Positions 12,275 through 27,000 of a stretch of DNA of 64,000 nucleotides are shown here, piece by piece. Positions within the stretch are counted from its first letter, which is position 1; every line of letters begins with the position of its first letter. The position numbers were made by a program, and so were the translations under genes. The DNA comes from Oculina patagonica (Eukaryota): assembly GCF_052425735.1 (NCBI RefSeq), contig NC_135760.1, positions 25,606,001-25,670,000 of the forward strand, in the 5' to 3' direction. Below the pieces are notes generated by a model that saw only the letters and a program-made list of their open reading frames with translations, had not been told where the DNA came from and did not search any database.

Positions 12275-15200
12275 CTTACAAGCTTCTGCCAAAGCAAATC
12301 CGCTGCCGAGCAAGACAACAAGGTGCCATGGAAACCTCTTTGACATCGACTTGAAGTGCAAAAGGCCGGGTGGTGGTTTGTTCACTGTGTAATGATAACA
12401 ATCGGGACATTTTGAGGTTTTAGAGACATTATTTAAAAGTGCACCTTGAAAATTTGGCCTAAAATTTTCAACTCGTCCTTCTTAATCCATTTTAATCTTC
12501 CCCAGCCTTAACCCTCCTTGTCTATTTTGTCTGATTATTTCTAAATTGAAACGCTATGATTTTGAGATACCTGGGAAAATTCAGTGTAAGGTACGAATTA
12601 TGACTGTGGTATGACTCTAGTATGGCTAAGGTATATGCATGGGCATCGCTATGTCTGCGGTACATGTACAGTTGGGGGTACGACTCGTGACAGGTTCGAT
12701 TCCGCCCTTGGGATTATATTACTCAATCCGAACTCATTATCGTCAACATACCTGAACCATCAGGAGCATAGATCCTCGGCATTCGTGAGGGGAACACAAA
12801 CAAAGAGAACGCAATAAACATGGCTGCTGTTGCATCTCGAACGTAACTGAAAGTAAAGCAACATATTTTTGGAGTGAAACTTTTTAAGCATGAGAGTGAA
12901 AGATGAACTAAACAAATTTCGAGTTAGTCTGATTCAATAAGACATCTCTTGGCACTACGTTAAAAGCGCGGTATGCAGCACTTTTTTCTATCAAAGAATC
13001 GCTCAGCAATACTCTGTCTTTATTGATCTCAACGTTTGTTGTAAGAAGCAAGAGAATATCGAAAGAGAATAGTGAGTATGCCCTGATGTCAAACATACGC
13101 AGGTACGCTCCCAATTTGAGATACAGTAAAACCCCACGTATAAGAATCTAGGTTTTTCAAACTTAGGCTATATAGGTTCTTATAGAATGGTATTACGTGG
13201 GATTTAAGGCTACTTAGGTATATAGGTTCTTAATTTGATGGGGGCACTATCTATCAGTAGAGATAACTACTTCAAGGCAGATAACTTCTAAAGGGCAAAT
13301 GTGATGTGGAATGTATAAAACCATACAGTACATTTATCTTTCCAAAGTATACTAGCATGCATGTCTAGACTAAAATTAGTTTTTGGTATTTTCATCCGTG
13401 TCTTCATTTTTGTAAAAGAGAACCTATTGAAAATTTTAGGCTAAATAGGTTTTAATGAAAAGGGGGTTTAAAATACATGTTAAAATGAAAATTTTAGCCT
13501 AACAGGTTCTTAAATTTCAGGTCTTTATACGTGGGTTTTTACTGTAGTGCGGAAAAAGCGCTTCTGATCCGCACACGTAAGCTATCATGTCGTTTGCACT
13601 GACCAACAAGAAACAAACCTGGGTAGGGCGGTTCGTTTAAATGTATAAAATAACCTCTTAAAACAGTGAAGGGATATTTGAGTAACACACCAAATGCGAA
13701 AAAACTGTACGGATGGCCAAAAGTGTCGAAGATTAATTGAAACAGATTGCGATATGGGTTTTTGAAATACCGTATGGTCCGGCGGAACAGTTTTCAAAGT
13801 TAATCTTGTCTTCTTGTATTATTAAACTTTAAATTATAACATTTAGTTTCATAGCGAACATTTGACAAAATTAAATAACATAAAATGTCCAAAATGACCC
13901 ACTGAAAATCATTGCCAGTTCTAGTGTACCTGTGCAAAACTTACCCCTTCTCGAATATTATGGACCATCCTTCCATAAATTTGGGATCGCGAAACAACCA
14001 TAGCAAAGCCAACAAGATGAAATGACCAAGGACTGCTTTCTCGGCAAACCTGGATTGCGAGAAAAAAAATATGAGTAGCTTGGGTATAAACCGGTGTCTC
14101 TTTTCGGCGTCGGTTTCTGAGCAGAAAGAAAGACATCTGATAATTGAACTGAAAATTTTCTTAACAGTGGTCCGTGAAGTGTCTCTGATTGTAAGGATGG
14201 GCCGATACTCGATACCAAATATTCGATACATCGATATTTTGACAATTTTGGAAAGTATCGATACTTTCGAAAAATATCGCACTTTCGATACGTTTTCGAT
14301 ACTGCACACGTGACCTGAGCCTGCGCTCCTCTGGTCAGCACCTGAGGTTTAAAAATGCACTTTTGCGCAAACAAATATTGATTTTCTTGTCAATATTTGA
14401 ATTTTTCTATTGCCTTGACTTGATCTAGTCCACAGTAAAACAAAAAGACCAAAAATCAACATTCCTGGCTAAAATTTATAATGCCAGACAAATCACGTGA
14501 CATAACAATGACGTCAGTACGGAAATGACGTCATAATATTGATATTGATATCGATATCGAGAAAAAAGGCAAATATCATATCGATATCGTATAGTTTGAA
14601 AAACCTGTATCGGCCAATCCTTACTGATCTGTAACCGACAATCACCAATCCGAGAAACTAAGCTGATCTCATTCTCGTTCCCAGAGCCGCTTGTTCCTCT
14701 TAGTCAGCAGAGCCTGGGGCACGAGGAACAAGTGGCACTGGAGACACATGATTTGATTGGCTAGATGTTCAACAAGTGAAATTTAAAGTTAGCAAATCAA
14801 ATCAACTGTTTTAAAATTCCTTTGTTGTAAGAGATTTTAGTATGGTTGATTTGATACGCTAGATTTAAAACTCCTTTTGTTCAAATCCGGCCAATCAAAT
14901 CATGTTTACCCAGAGCCACTTGCTCCTCGTGCCCAGGCTCTGCTGGTTATGACAGACATGCGGCTCTGGGGACGAGAATGTGCTGATCTCTGCTTAGCAC
15001 GTCATAAGCCTGAAATAAGTCGGTTCCAGGCTTTGCGCGAAGAACTGCGAGTGCAAAATAAGACGATAACGTCAATGTCTGATTACTCGGCCCAAATTGT
15101 GCGACTTCGTGAGAACGTTTTAAAAAGTTCAAATCAAATTATGAATGATTCTGAGAAGTTATTTCCCGCGCAGTTTGTTCTCAACCGTTTTTTCAAGCGT

Positions 15201-18200
15201 AACGTGCGCGAGGATCTAAATGGCAGGCGAAGTTTCGACTGTTAGTCTTTCATCGGAGCTAACTTTTGAAACTTAAGGTGGATTTCCACTGACGCGTAAA
15301 TATTTACGTACGTAAAACGCGCGTAAAAAAAGATACGTAGGCAAATTTCCACTGTCGCGTAAAAAGTAATAAAAAGCGTTTCCTTTTTACGCGCGTTGAA
15401 CGTGCGTAAATGCCCGCCATACTGAATTATCAAGTTGGTGAATAGAGTGCGTGATTGTCGGCCATATTGGAGGAGTGAAACAATAAATTGTTTTTCCTTT
15501 GGGACAAAATCATTAACATTTTTATGCAAATATCTTGTTGTTTGACTCTTCCAACATGGCTGCCATGAAAACACTTTGTACCACACGCTAGAAAAAGAAA
15601 TGCGTAAATATGACCAAGAGGCATTTTATAAATACTTCCGAAAGACACCATCAATTAAAAGAAGATTTGAGGCGACCTTCCCGGATTCTCGGTTCAAAGC
15701 CTACGTGACCTGACGCCAGGCGTTTTCTTTCACTACTGCGTTCGTGTAATTTGGTTCTGTAGCCAGTTCTATAGATTATTTCTTGAAATGTTAAGACTTT
15801 CTCGATGAGAAGTGTTTCTACATCTGAATGTTTTCCCAAGTAAATCGATGGGTGATTTAAAACAAAATGGTTTTCCACATGGTAAGTAGTGTCATGTGAC
15901 GAAATCCAAAAGTATGATTGGGTAAATCATTGCGTAACCACAGACAGCCGCGAAAAAAGTTGAACTCGGTTCAACTTTTTTCAAAACCCCCAAAATCGCT
16001 ACGTGCGTAAACGTGCGAGTCACGTGCGTAAATACCTGGAAAAAAACGTGGCATTGGAAATTGGACAACGTAAATTCGACGCACGTAATCGCGCGCGTAA
16101 AATTTCATTTTACGTACGTTAATAATTTTTACGCGCGTTAACGTGCGTAAACAAAAACGCGACAGTGGAAATCCACCTTTAAGCTCTTCTTACGTTGCCT
16201 CAGCTAATTCACTTCAAAGTTTCTTTACAGCTTTTGGTGTTAAAATCTCTGATAGGTAAAACTTATTAACGTTGATTTTGTTAAATATTATAAAATCTTA
16301 CGTCATGGGTCCAAGTGCTCTGTACTGATCCACCAAAACCTGTCTGATGGCCTGTGTTGATTGGTTGTCCTTCTGCTCTGATCTTGGCGACTTGTTGAAA
16401 CACTTTCGGAAACTTAATAGAAAAAAGCTTTGAGTTAGTTATCCAGGTTTCCGTTGCATGAAGCGACTAGGAGAGTTACCAATCCCACTTGAAACGTTAG
16501 GGTAATGCAGCCTAGTACCAAGGCGTTCCCTTCCCGCTTATCGATTTGGCGCGAAATTTCGTGACGTCACCGAATAGGAGCAGAACGCCTAGTGACTAGG
16601 CTGAGTGTAATGTAGAATCTTGCTAAAAACTTGCCCCCGTTTGAACTGAAAATCCTTTTGTTGGCGGCTCCAGCTACAGGTGGATGATAAACTAAGCGTT
16701 TCATATAAAATACTAAAGGTTTTTGAGAGGCGCTGTGGGCCAATGGTTAGTGGACTTCGGATCGAGCAGTCCGGGTTCGAGCCCTGGCCGGGGATGTTGT
16801 TGTTGTGTGTTCCTGGGCAAGACACTTTACTCTCACAGTGCCTCTCTCCACCCAGTTGTATAAATAGGTACATGTACCGGCGAATTTAATGCTGGGGAGT
16901 CGCGCTGCGATTGACAAACATCCCATCCAGGGGGAAGGGAGTAGAAATACTCCTAGTCGCCTTGTGCTACTGAAACTGATGGACCCCTAAGCTCGAACGC
17001 AAACGTCACCTTACCTACCGTCAAGTAAAATACTTAATAAGTTAGATAAGTTTGCTTTGTGGCTCTGTTCATAAAAAAATAATTTCTGCTTGCATGAACT
17101 ACGCAAGCAAGGTTGCTAGTGCCTAGAAAAGTGACAAACGTATCGAGATTTAAACAGCATAAACTTTGGTCAAAGCAGTTGCTATCGCTATATGAGTAGA
17201 CTGAGTATAAACAGGTGTCTTTCTTCAGCGCCGGTTTCTGAAAACCGAGAAACATCTGATAATTGAACTGAAAAATTTCTTGATAGAGGTCCGTGAAGTG
17301 CCGCTGATCTGTAACCGACAAAAAACATTCTGCAAAACTAGGCGGATCTCAGTTTATATCGCCTTTGGAATAAATAGTGTACGAACAATGAGACATACTT
17401 AAATTTGAGGAACAATAACTGAATCCAGATCCATGCAATAAACAGAAGCACCAGCATTTGAGGGAAAGCATAACCAAACCAGGTGGCAAAGCTAAATCCT
17501 GGGCTCTTGGGAAAGAGGCTGAAATCAAATAGGAAATAAAAATTACTGTATGACCTGTATGTTAGCATGATAAGTAACTAAGACCATGCGCTCAGCTGTG
17601 TCTGAAATTACAATTGCCCTTATTCTGGAAACCGGAATAGCTCTCTCGTTGCGCATCAAAATGGCAACCGTAAAGCGTCACAACATCCAAAATGGCGCGC
17701 GAAAAATTCACAACGAACAATGGCAGAGATTTGTATCCACTGCTTTCCCAAACGCTGAAAAAAGTGTTCTTCTGCTGTCACCGATATTCCGTTTTGACTG
17801 TTATTAAATCAGTTTAACGGCAAACTTGGTGTATTCGTGTATTCCGCTTTATAGGGAGCTTTTCTTTGTTGAATTATTTTGCTGCAATAAAGCCATTTAG
17901 TCATTCAAGGTACTTGCCTGTTAACTTGTCCACCAAATACAAGATTTGGACCAGTTCCCGTCAGGGTAGCCGTGCCGCCAATGTTCGCAGCGTACGCAAC
18001 AGCTAACATCATAGCCTTGCAGAGTCTGTTGTAATACCGAGTCTCTTCTTCCTACAGATTAAATCATCAAAATTACGTACAAAATAATTACTGAAGAGGA
18101 TTTCAGATTTTCGGGATTTGATTGGGTACAGTGCAGACCAGTACAAGGTTAATTAGCTAATAAACAGTAGCAGTTGGTAATGTTTTTTTTTTCCAAGCCT

Positions 18201-20159
18201 GTATGCAGATTTCGCATCTTTAATTCACTGTAAGTTCATGTAAGGGAAACGCCCAATACAAAGATCTCCAAGTTAAACGGAATTTTTTGGTTCTTGGCCA
18301 GCACACGAATTTGCCAACAGACATAATTACCTTATTTTTACTTACTTACGCGTGTACTAATTTTCGCAATTTCAAAGTAATCGTAATTGAAAAAAAAAAC
18401 AATGCGCGCAATTCAAAAACGCAAAAATTAATACCAAATTATATATCAAAACAATAAAAATTTAGAATGTTTGGAACTGCAACTATCTACCTTTAAAAAT
18501 ATCATTCCGTTTTGTTTTGGACTAGCGCCCTTCCTCTGATTACAGTTTCGAGCTTGTAAATTGGTTTAAATTCTCTTTTTTAGTACAGTCACTAAAGTCT
18601 CCGTTTGCAGGCTCCTTGTAGTTACATTAAGCCAGACCATTTGTGTGTCCATTGGGTCCTTAGTCTTTGACGACTGGGCCGGGTTGTTCATAGCACGATT
18701 AAGCTAATCCAGGATTAGTGTGAAATTTGATTTCAATTTTATAACATTTCGTTGAGGTTTTCTGTTAATATTTTCTGCCCCCAGTTTTGACGTGGACCAA
18801 TCTCAAACTTATTAAAACATTATCTATGGAAAACCTCTTTAAACAAGAGAAATTAAAATCTTGATCATCTTTTAATCCTGGGTTAACATTAATCGTCTTT
18901 CGAACAACCCGGCCTTGATCTATTAACTGAACACTGACAAAATCGCGAAATTGAATGCACTTTTCCTCTAATTTTTCTTGCAACCGCGAAAAGTATTACT
19001 CGCAAAATTTGGCTCTCGAATTTTCGCGAAATTTTGAACGCACGAAAATTAGTAATAATAAGGTAGACCTTAAAAACATGGGTCCTTCTCTAATAGTGTG
19101 ATTAGGCTGGCAACGAACCAAGCTGAAAAACAGACGACTTTTTTAAACTGAGGTGTACAAAAATACGTACGTCAATGTCTTCTTCCTCTTGCAGTAAGGT
19201 TACAGCAGTCGTTCTGAAAAAATTACCAGGAAAAGAAAGTTTATGACAATATTTTTAGATCAGTTGGGTTGCGTTGTAATACACGGAATGTAGATAAGAG
19301 CATAGGAGACGGACGGTTAATCTGCTTTCCTAGTCACATCCGAGGCAAATCCGAGCCTGAGTCGAAGGCGAGTCCGAGTTAAATGTTCAAGTTATTGCTG
19401 ATTGGCTAGTGGTATATCCCAGCTCCTCTTGATTTTGGACGTGGCAAATAGTCGGATGGTGGGCAGGAGGCGAGCGGCTAAGTACAGGAGTTGCTCTTAA
19501 CTAACTAACATTCTGGTTAGCTCTTAACTAGTTTTTAGACTCGGACATGTTTCGGACTCGGATTGGCACGGTCAACGGATAAACTCGATCGTTTACAATA
19601 ATGACAAAAATGTATTTTCTACCTCTCTTCCTCTTTCTTCTCTTCTTTTTTGTCGATGCCGTCGATGTCGTGAAGTTCATATGATCCATGTTGGGGGACG
19701 ACTTCATCAATCTGCAGTTATAATTCGGGTAAAGCACGATTCACTGAGGTAATACAGTGAGTAAAACACGGAATTTGATCGCAGGATACACCTGACCCGG
19801 TAAAACACACATTTCTGTTCTCTTCACACTGTAACCTGTGATCAATCATCTCAAGTCAAAGAAGTCCCTTGTTGAACTGACATAGTGACTGACCGAGCAA
19901 CTGAGCTTATGACCAGCGACTGACTGACTGACTGACTGCCTGTCTATTTGCCTGCCTACCTGCCTGTCTGACTGATTGATTGAATGACTGACTGGACTTG
20001 ACTTGACATGTCTGCCTGCCTACCTACCTGCTTGCCTGCTTACCTGCCTGCCTGACTGTTTGACTGATGACTGATTGACAGCCTGACTGCCTGCCTGCCT
20101 GCCTGATTGCTTGCCAGACTGACTGCCTGCCTGCCTGACTGACTGATTGACTGATTGAC

Positions 20160-20194
<35 letters not shown>

Positions 20195-22215
20195 CTGCCC
20201 GCCTACCTGCCCGCCTACCTGCCCGCCTGCCTGACTGACCGACTGACGTACTGACTGGCTTGACTTGACTTGACTGACTGACTGACTGACTGACTGACTG
20301 ACTGACTGACTGACTGACTGACTGCATGCCAGAATGACCGGACTGGCTGACTGACAGAATGGCACGTTAAGAACGCGAGGACCTTGCCAGATAAACTGAT
20401 TGTCTGATAGACTGGTCTGTTTATTCGAAATATCACTGAAATTTGCAATAAAATCAAACTAAGCTTCCCACCTCATCTGCTTGACTGTTGCCCTCGTTGT
20501 TTTTCTCAAGTTGATTCGAAATATTGTCGTTCTTTATTTCGCCCAACACTGCCTCAACAATTGGCACCATCATGGCGGTTGTAGCTGTGTTGCTTATCCA
20601 CATGGACAGAAAAGATGTGGTCAGCATAACGCCAAGTAACAAACTGTGGAGAATGATCAGAAAAAAGCTTTGAAAGAAGCTAATTATAAAGAGAATTAAT
20701 GTCAACTTCTGACTGAAATTTTGGTATTAAGCGCTATGTGCTTTAGTTCGGAATATTTGTCGGCCGTGTAGGCAACAACAAGGACCTTGCTCTTTAATTT
20801 TCTTTCAAGCTTGCACTCACTTTCCAGCACTTTTACTTTGATTGTCAATACTACCACTCTCCTTAGCAACAGGAAAATCTTAATAACCTCCAAAACAAGC
20901 TCGAATATTTAAGCCGACTGTCAACCCTTTTCCCATCAGGAACACAAACGTTTTTCGTAGGCTGTTTTCCTTCACAATTAAACTAATTAAGATGGGGAAA
21001 TTATAAAGGAAACAAAGGACTACTTCTCTGGGCTATGGTACAGTATCTACTCCAGACCCGCTCATGCTCTGCACGGACATTTTACACAAATAATAAAGCC
21101 AAGACAAATATGTATTTGGCGATCTGGAATTGAGATTTACGTCGATCTTCACTTTCCCAGCCCCCTCCCCTCGACTTACCGTCGTGGTTGAGCCCCAACT
21201 AACAAGAGAACTCGAAGAGCGATTCGTTTGTGTAAGTTCCACGTCTCTACAGCTACAGCCACGATCAACCCGCCAAGAAAGAGCACGTTAGTGTCCTTGA
21301 AGTAAGGATACGCGACTTGTTTAGATCCCAGGACCCCAAGCAACGGAAAGAGAACCAATGGAAGAAGAGCTGTGACGGCTAACTCCACAACCTCGGTCAC
21401 CCAGTACACCGCCATGATCAAAATACAGTACGCACATCGGGCTTCCTGGTGAAATGTAAGTATTATTTATAAACATCGAAAAACGAGGCGTTTAAGATTC
21501 AATTCGAAAAACAATGATAAGTATAGTAATGGGATCAAGCTCGATTCATAGATCAAATGAGCCCGCGGTTTTTGGCCAGTTAGGTTGCCATGCGACCAAA
21601 TTTAAGCTCTATAATTATTAATAAACGGGACATCACCACAATACGTTTGTGTTGCAAACGATGGAAGCAATTAATTCGTTTTCCCTATTCACAAGACAAC
21701 AGCAAATTCACGAGTTTATCTCGTACCCAGATCTTCAGTCGGTTTTGGCGTATGCAAATATGACAAAGGTTAGCACGGTCACGGGGACCGAGACTGAATG
21801 GTAACACTACACTATAGAAGTTGATTTTACAAATAACTAGCTATAGAATATCTTGGCGTGGATATTTGAGATGCTCGTTTCGCGCGTAAATCAATTAACA
21901 ATAAAAATTTGAACGCACCGTGCTATAACACAAAGACAATTAAGGTAGCTGTTCTTATAGAAGCCTTACATAACAAAGTTTTCTTACCGTTCCTCCGACA
22001 GCTATGGGTATGGGCATCAGCAGTATAGGTGTCAAAATCAGTATTAGGTATTTTCTCCATCTTAAGATTCGCTTGAGAAGCGAAGTCTTTTTCACTTGAA
22101 GCGGCTCGCGATCGCCGCGATAAGATAGGTTAGGGGAGCCAGTTTCGGTTGGTTGGTGTTTTGCTTCAGTATCTTCCAAATGACTATATCCCCTTTCTCG
22201 CTCGAATTCAGTCAT
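12275..22215 (-). CDS. SLC13: SLC13-family cotransporter, copy 2, 11 exons, ~491 aa traced (22215-21988, 21445-21180, 20643-20472, 19711-19623, 19213-19171, 18051-17918, 17518-17399, 16412-16302, 14049-13945, 12846-12752, 12384-12275); C-terminal exons not seen before the gap
   Basis: All junctions are phase-compatible (intron 6 is GC-AG). Motifs include [35 protein letters not shown] and [15 protein letters not shown]. Confidence 0.9.
13124..13544. mobile_element. Tc1/pogo-type MITE (CAGTAAAA...TTTTACTG, TA TSD)
   Basis: ~20-bp TIRs flanked by TA on both sides. Confidence 0.8.
14192..14623. mobile_element. hAT-like MITE (TAAGGATGGGCCGATAC...GTATCGGCCAATCCTTA) with ATCGAT-rich subtermini
   Basis: TIRs and an imperfect CTGAT(C)TG TSD. 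It interrupts a sequence found uninterrupted at ~17190-17320. Confidence 0.7.
14670..14980. mobile_element. MITE, CATTCTCG...CGAGAATG TIRs, 9-bp TSD (A/T)GCTGATCT
   Basis: TIRs and an 8/9-identical TSD. Same terminal family as 3617-3927. Confidence 0.8.
15276..16178. mobile_element. PIF/Harbinger-like non-autonomous element (AGGTGGATTTCCACTG TIRs, TTA TSD)
   Basis: TIRs, 3-bp TTA flanks and repeated CGCGTAAA subterminal motifs. Confidence 0.75.
16726..17015 (+). mobile_element. tRNA-derived SINE with Nin/Deu-like central domain
   Basis: B-box GGTTCGAGCCC followed by GGGCAAGACACTTTACTCTCACAGTGCCTCTCTCCACCCAG, with an (ACCTT)n-like tail. Confidence 0.75.
18677..18914. mobile_element. Harbinger-like MITE (GGCCGGGTTGTTC...GAACAACCCGGCC); right part also at 1-158
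   Basis: Terminal inverted repeats seen directly. Confidence 0.7.
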
Positions 22216-24054
22216 CTTCCTTCCAGATCTGCGGTATTAAGGGATCAAGAGAACACATTCATGGAATGTTATCTGCACGCAAGAAATATACAGCAAATAG
22301 AAAGAAGGAGGGTTTCTAGAAGGTCATTATTAAGGAGTTTTAAATCTTATATTCACCGTCACCTACCTTGATTTCAATCCAGATGATTCAGTCTATTAAC
22401 ACAAAGGCAGCTGTGATAGTATTGTTTGCAGACAACAGTATTTTGTCAGACAGACAAAGCGGCTCAAATCGCACAGTTGCTAAGTTGTTGCAGTCACACC
22501 ATTTGCCTCTTGTCACGAGTCCTGGATCACGCGAAGCTGATACTGTCGATTGCGAAATCACGTAGACTCGCGAAAAAATCTGCGGTATTTTTTTACTATA
22601 CATCGAATTAGGTTTATAATTCACGCTTTCAAGGACAATGTCTATTTTTTGACATCTTTCCTACTTTATCTCGCACCTGATGGTAAAGAAGATGTCGGTT
22701 CGAGATTTCAGTAGTTCCCTACTCTGAGCTATATCTTCGAATATAATTCCACTCAAAATAAGTCCTATAGACTGTGTAGACAATCTGGCACATGAAAAGT
22801 AAGCGTCAACAGAACCAAGAGATTAGTTTCTCTTGACCTCTACCAATGTCGTTTTTCGATCGACAGAAGAGCGTGCAGGTCGAACGTTACGGTGGGTTTC
22901 ATTAGCGCGGCAACGAAAGTGAATTTTACACATCCAGAATACAGTTTGCAGGGTTGCCAAAAAATCAGGAAATGGTTCGGGAAAATAAAAATTCTTAAAG
23001 GTCAGGGAAAAATAAGGGAAAATTGAAATTATAACACCGCTGATTTAATACCACTGATGGAGTAAGAAAGATTTCGGGTCAATGAGTTCTCAGCTCTGTG
23101 TGTTTTTTTCTTTTTGGAAGCGGGGGCTGGGGACCGCTAGTATATCAGACATTTTGTATTTATTTGTCTGTGGCAACCACATGGTTTATTGCGTTCATAC
23201 AGTGACATGTCTTAGCTTGTTATTTTGTTGCATTAGATTAACTGCACAATATTAATTTAAGTCACGCGAAATGAACTGGAATGAGCCGGAATGAGACCAG
23301 AATGGACCGGAATAAGACCAGAATGAGCCGGAATGAACCGAAATGAACTGGAATGAGCCAGAATGAACCGAAATGAACCGGAATGAGCACAAATGAACCG
23401 AAATGGACCGGAATGAGCCGGAATGGACCAGAATAAGTCGGAATGAGACCTGACTGGACCGGAATGAGAAAAGACTGATCAATAATGGACAGGAATGAGA
23501 CGGAATGAGTCCAGAATGGGCCGAAATGGAACTAAATGAGACCCACAATTTCAGTTTCTTTTTTCTAAATTCTTTGTTGCGGGTTGGGAGGAATTAAGTC
23601 GCTTTTGCAAGGGTGTTGTTTGACACCAAAATCTGCAGCGAGAATTGGGTGTTCTAACGTCATTCATTCCCGTTCATTCCGGCTCATTCCGGTCCATTTC
23701 CGGTCCATTCGGCTCATTCTGGCTCATTCCGGTTCATTCCGGTCTCATTCCGGTTCATTCCCACTCATTCCAGTCCAGTCCGATCCATTTCGGCTCATTC
23801 CGGTTCATTCTGGTCTCATTCCGGTTCATTCCCACTCATTCCAGTCCAGTCCGATCCATTTCGGCTCATTCCGGTTCATTCTGGTCTCATTCCGGTTTAT
23901 TTCGGCTCATTCCGGTTCATTTTGCTCCATTCCGGTCCATTCCGTTCCGTTCTGGTGTTTAGTAACGCCCATCAAGTGAGTCAAAGCACTGTACGACCGT
24001 CTCCGTTTTTATCTACGGGTACCGTCATCCGACCTAGCTACCCATGGCCACAAC

Positions 24055-27000
24055 TAGGCTTTTATAGATTGTGCTAGCATAATTTTTGGCATAATTGGAG
24101 CTAAAAAGCATAATTTGTGAAACGAGCACTGCCACGGCATAATTAGCAATTTTTAGCACTTTTTGGAGCATAAATTCATAAAATGTAGTAAATATGGTGT
24201 ACTTTCTACAGAAATAAATGAAATTTAGGTAGTTTGTTCTTGCAATGCGTTTTTTAGCTATATAATTTTGATTGTTAACTGTCATGGTCAGAAAAAATCA
24301 AAGAAATTTTGGCCACAGCCAAAAACTCATACTTTGTCAGTTTGAGGGCCTAGGTATGTAACTGAAAGATATGAAGTTAGTTTTTCGAAATATTCAAATT
24401 TACGGCAGAAAACCACGAATAACGGTAATCGTACCGGAAGCTCAAATTTCACTTCTCGACAATCCGAAATTTCACGCTTTTCAGCTTCTTACTACCCAGA
24501 CGTTTCAACCGCTGTAAACCTTTCCTTACCTTAGTTGCATAGATTGACTCTTCCTTTATTGAAATATAGTTAGTATTTTTATCTCTGATTATTTCTGAGC
24601 CAGCTGAGCCTCGATTAAGTAGACACATTTTTCTCATTTAGGAAAAAGGCTAAAATAATCCAAATTCAGTGAGGAAAAAAGCTGACCGGTAGTGCTTCAA
24701 ATCTTCTGATATTTTAGGCAAAGAGAGTCCAGTCGTTGAATTTTAGGTTTATGGTTTCAAAAGTGTAGGATCTAGTAGCAGTTTTTAACAAAGGTCGATC
24801 AAAGGTCGACAAAATTACAATTCCGCGGCTTTGAAAAGAACAACTGAAACACGTGACACGAAACACGCAATAGAGTAATTTGTATATTTTTTGGGCAAAG
24901 ACAACACGGTAAAATTAGCTTTGAAGTTTTATACGTTTGAGACTTTAGAAAAATAGTATTTATCCTAAAGATTGCCTACAATAGAAGAAATACCAAAAAT
25001 AACAGCACTTGAACTCTCCCTGATGTTCGTCACGCACGAGCGACTTGGAGCGGCGAATGACAAAAATATTTTCCATTGATTCAAAGTAAGTCATATTCTG
25101 AAATAAGAAAAATCTATTTTCTTTAAACTTTGCCCACCAATCTGTCTTAACTAAAAAACGAAACAGCTTTCATATTTGCAAATATCGCAAGAAATATTTT
25201 TTTAAGAATTACATTCAATTGGACCACGACCGGCGGCCTATTTTTAGCAATGGCGACAACTAAAAATAGGAAAAAACGTCGAGTCACCGCTTCGAAAATT
25301 TATGCTCCAATTTTAGGAATTGTCTTAACTCTCCTGGAATAAATTGGACCTTTATCTGTATAAAGCACGCAATTTTGGTTCGTTAAAAAGAAACAAACAA
25401 TACGGAATATTTTTGATTTGAAGTGTACTTGGCCATCTGACGCCAACGGCTCAAAAAAATTGCACATTTTCAACGGGTCATTGCGCAAAAGTCCAACTAC
25501 TTCCGCATTACATTTGTTTCCATACCAACTAAAAAGAAGTCAAAGAGTATGGAAATGGAAAAATATGTTGTGGTTTAAGCGAGCTTTTAGTGCAACCAGG
25601 CGGCAACTTGGCTTATGTTGCGAACATGTTTTGTTTACATTGCAACAGCGGGCAGTTGCTCACGCGAAACCAATTTAGCATAAACAACACAATATTTCGT
25701 AAACATTGTAACCTTACAAAACTTTATATCCGCTCACATAATAAAACATCATTTAAAACTCGAAAACCTTAGCAGCTAGCGAGTCAGCAAAAAAAATACT
25801 GTCGCCTACCTGCAAGCCGGTGAGACAACAAAATTCATTGTCAGGTCCGCCATGGCCATGTTATTGGATTCCACATTTCTTTCTGGTTTTCGTCAACCAT
25901 AGTATCCGCAAAAAGATTCAAACGGTAAACATAACACACATAACATAACATTGAACATACCACATGATTGTGATAACTGAAACAAATGAAAGAAAGTTGC
26001 GGGCAACACATCCCAAGAAATCAATCGATCACAACAGATCGGCTTGAACAGTTGATTGAAAGTTGCGTCACGCAATCTAACCTGAATCCAACTGCCTTAT
26101 GGGCGAACTGAATAATTATTGTCCAAGAATCGGACTGTCCAAAATATCGGCTCTAAATATTTTTAACAGATGTATATGTCCTCGTGTGCACCATTTTGGT
26201 ATGTTTATTAGAAACGAAGCTTACGTATTAAGCTGAAAACGTATTTAGCTGAAAGAAAACTCAAACAGTCCTATTCGCGGACGGGTTTTTTCATTTCCCG
26301 GTTGGGCGGGTTCGTTAAGGGGGGGGGGAGGTGGGGGGGGGGTGTAATAGAGCTCAATTGACCTCATCATCTATTCCTTCTTACGGAGAAAGAAGTAGGG
26401 TGGAAATTATCAGAAGGATAGAAAAACCCTGCACATTTTCTGGCCACACTAAAAATATAGCCAACGAAAAAGTGAACAAGACATTTTTGCCTAGAAAAAT
26501 TTTCCACTCAGCCATTAAAGGAAATCTATAAGCTTATACTACCGTAATGTGAGATACGTTTACAAACCTGATCTTGTCGGCCATGTGCACATTTAGCACA
26601 TCTCTGCTTCTAATGGCTTTTTTATCACCACGGTGAGTGGGATATTAGAAAGGCCCGTGCTGTTTTGAATATTTCCTATGAAAAACTAGAATGGCGATGC
26701 TTGGGACTTATATAATTTCGCCTTTCTTTGATGAAGACAATCCAAATACACCTGCTCTTGCAAAAACTAGTTCGTGCTCTAACAGAAATGCCACGAAATT
26801 AAATGGTTTGCTATAAGATCATTGCAGTCTCCAAGACGAACGAGCTCGGTTATCCCCCTCGATTGCCGCAACTTCCTCTATACTTTGAAGTGTGAAACAA
26901 AAAGCGCATCTCCTCCATTTGTTTTGTAAGTTGATAATGCTTCGCGAGAACAACAACGAAGTATGAATGACAAGTGCGTGGCGGCGTGGTTTGTAAAGAC

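Noticed and set aside
12610-12715. tRNA-like A/B boxes (GGTTCGATTCC)
   Set aside because: No convincing cloverleaf or acceptor stem. At most a decayed tRNA or SINE head.
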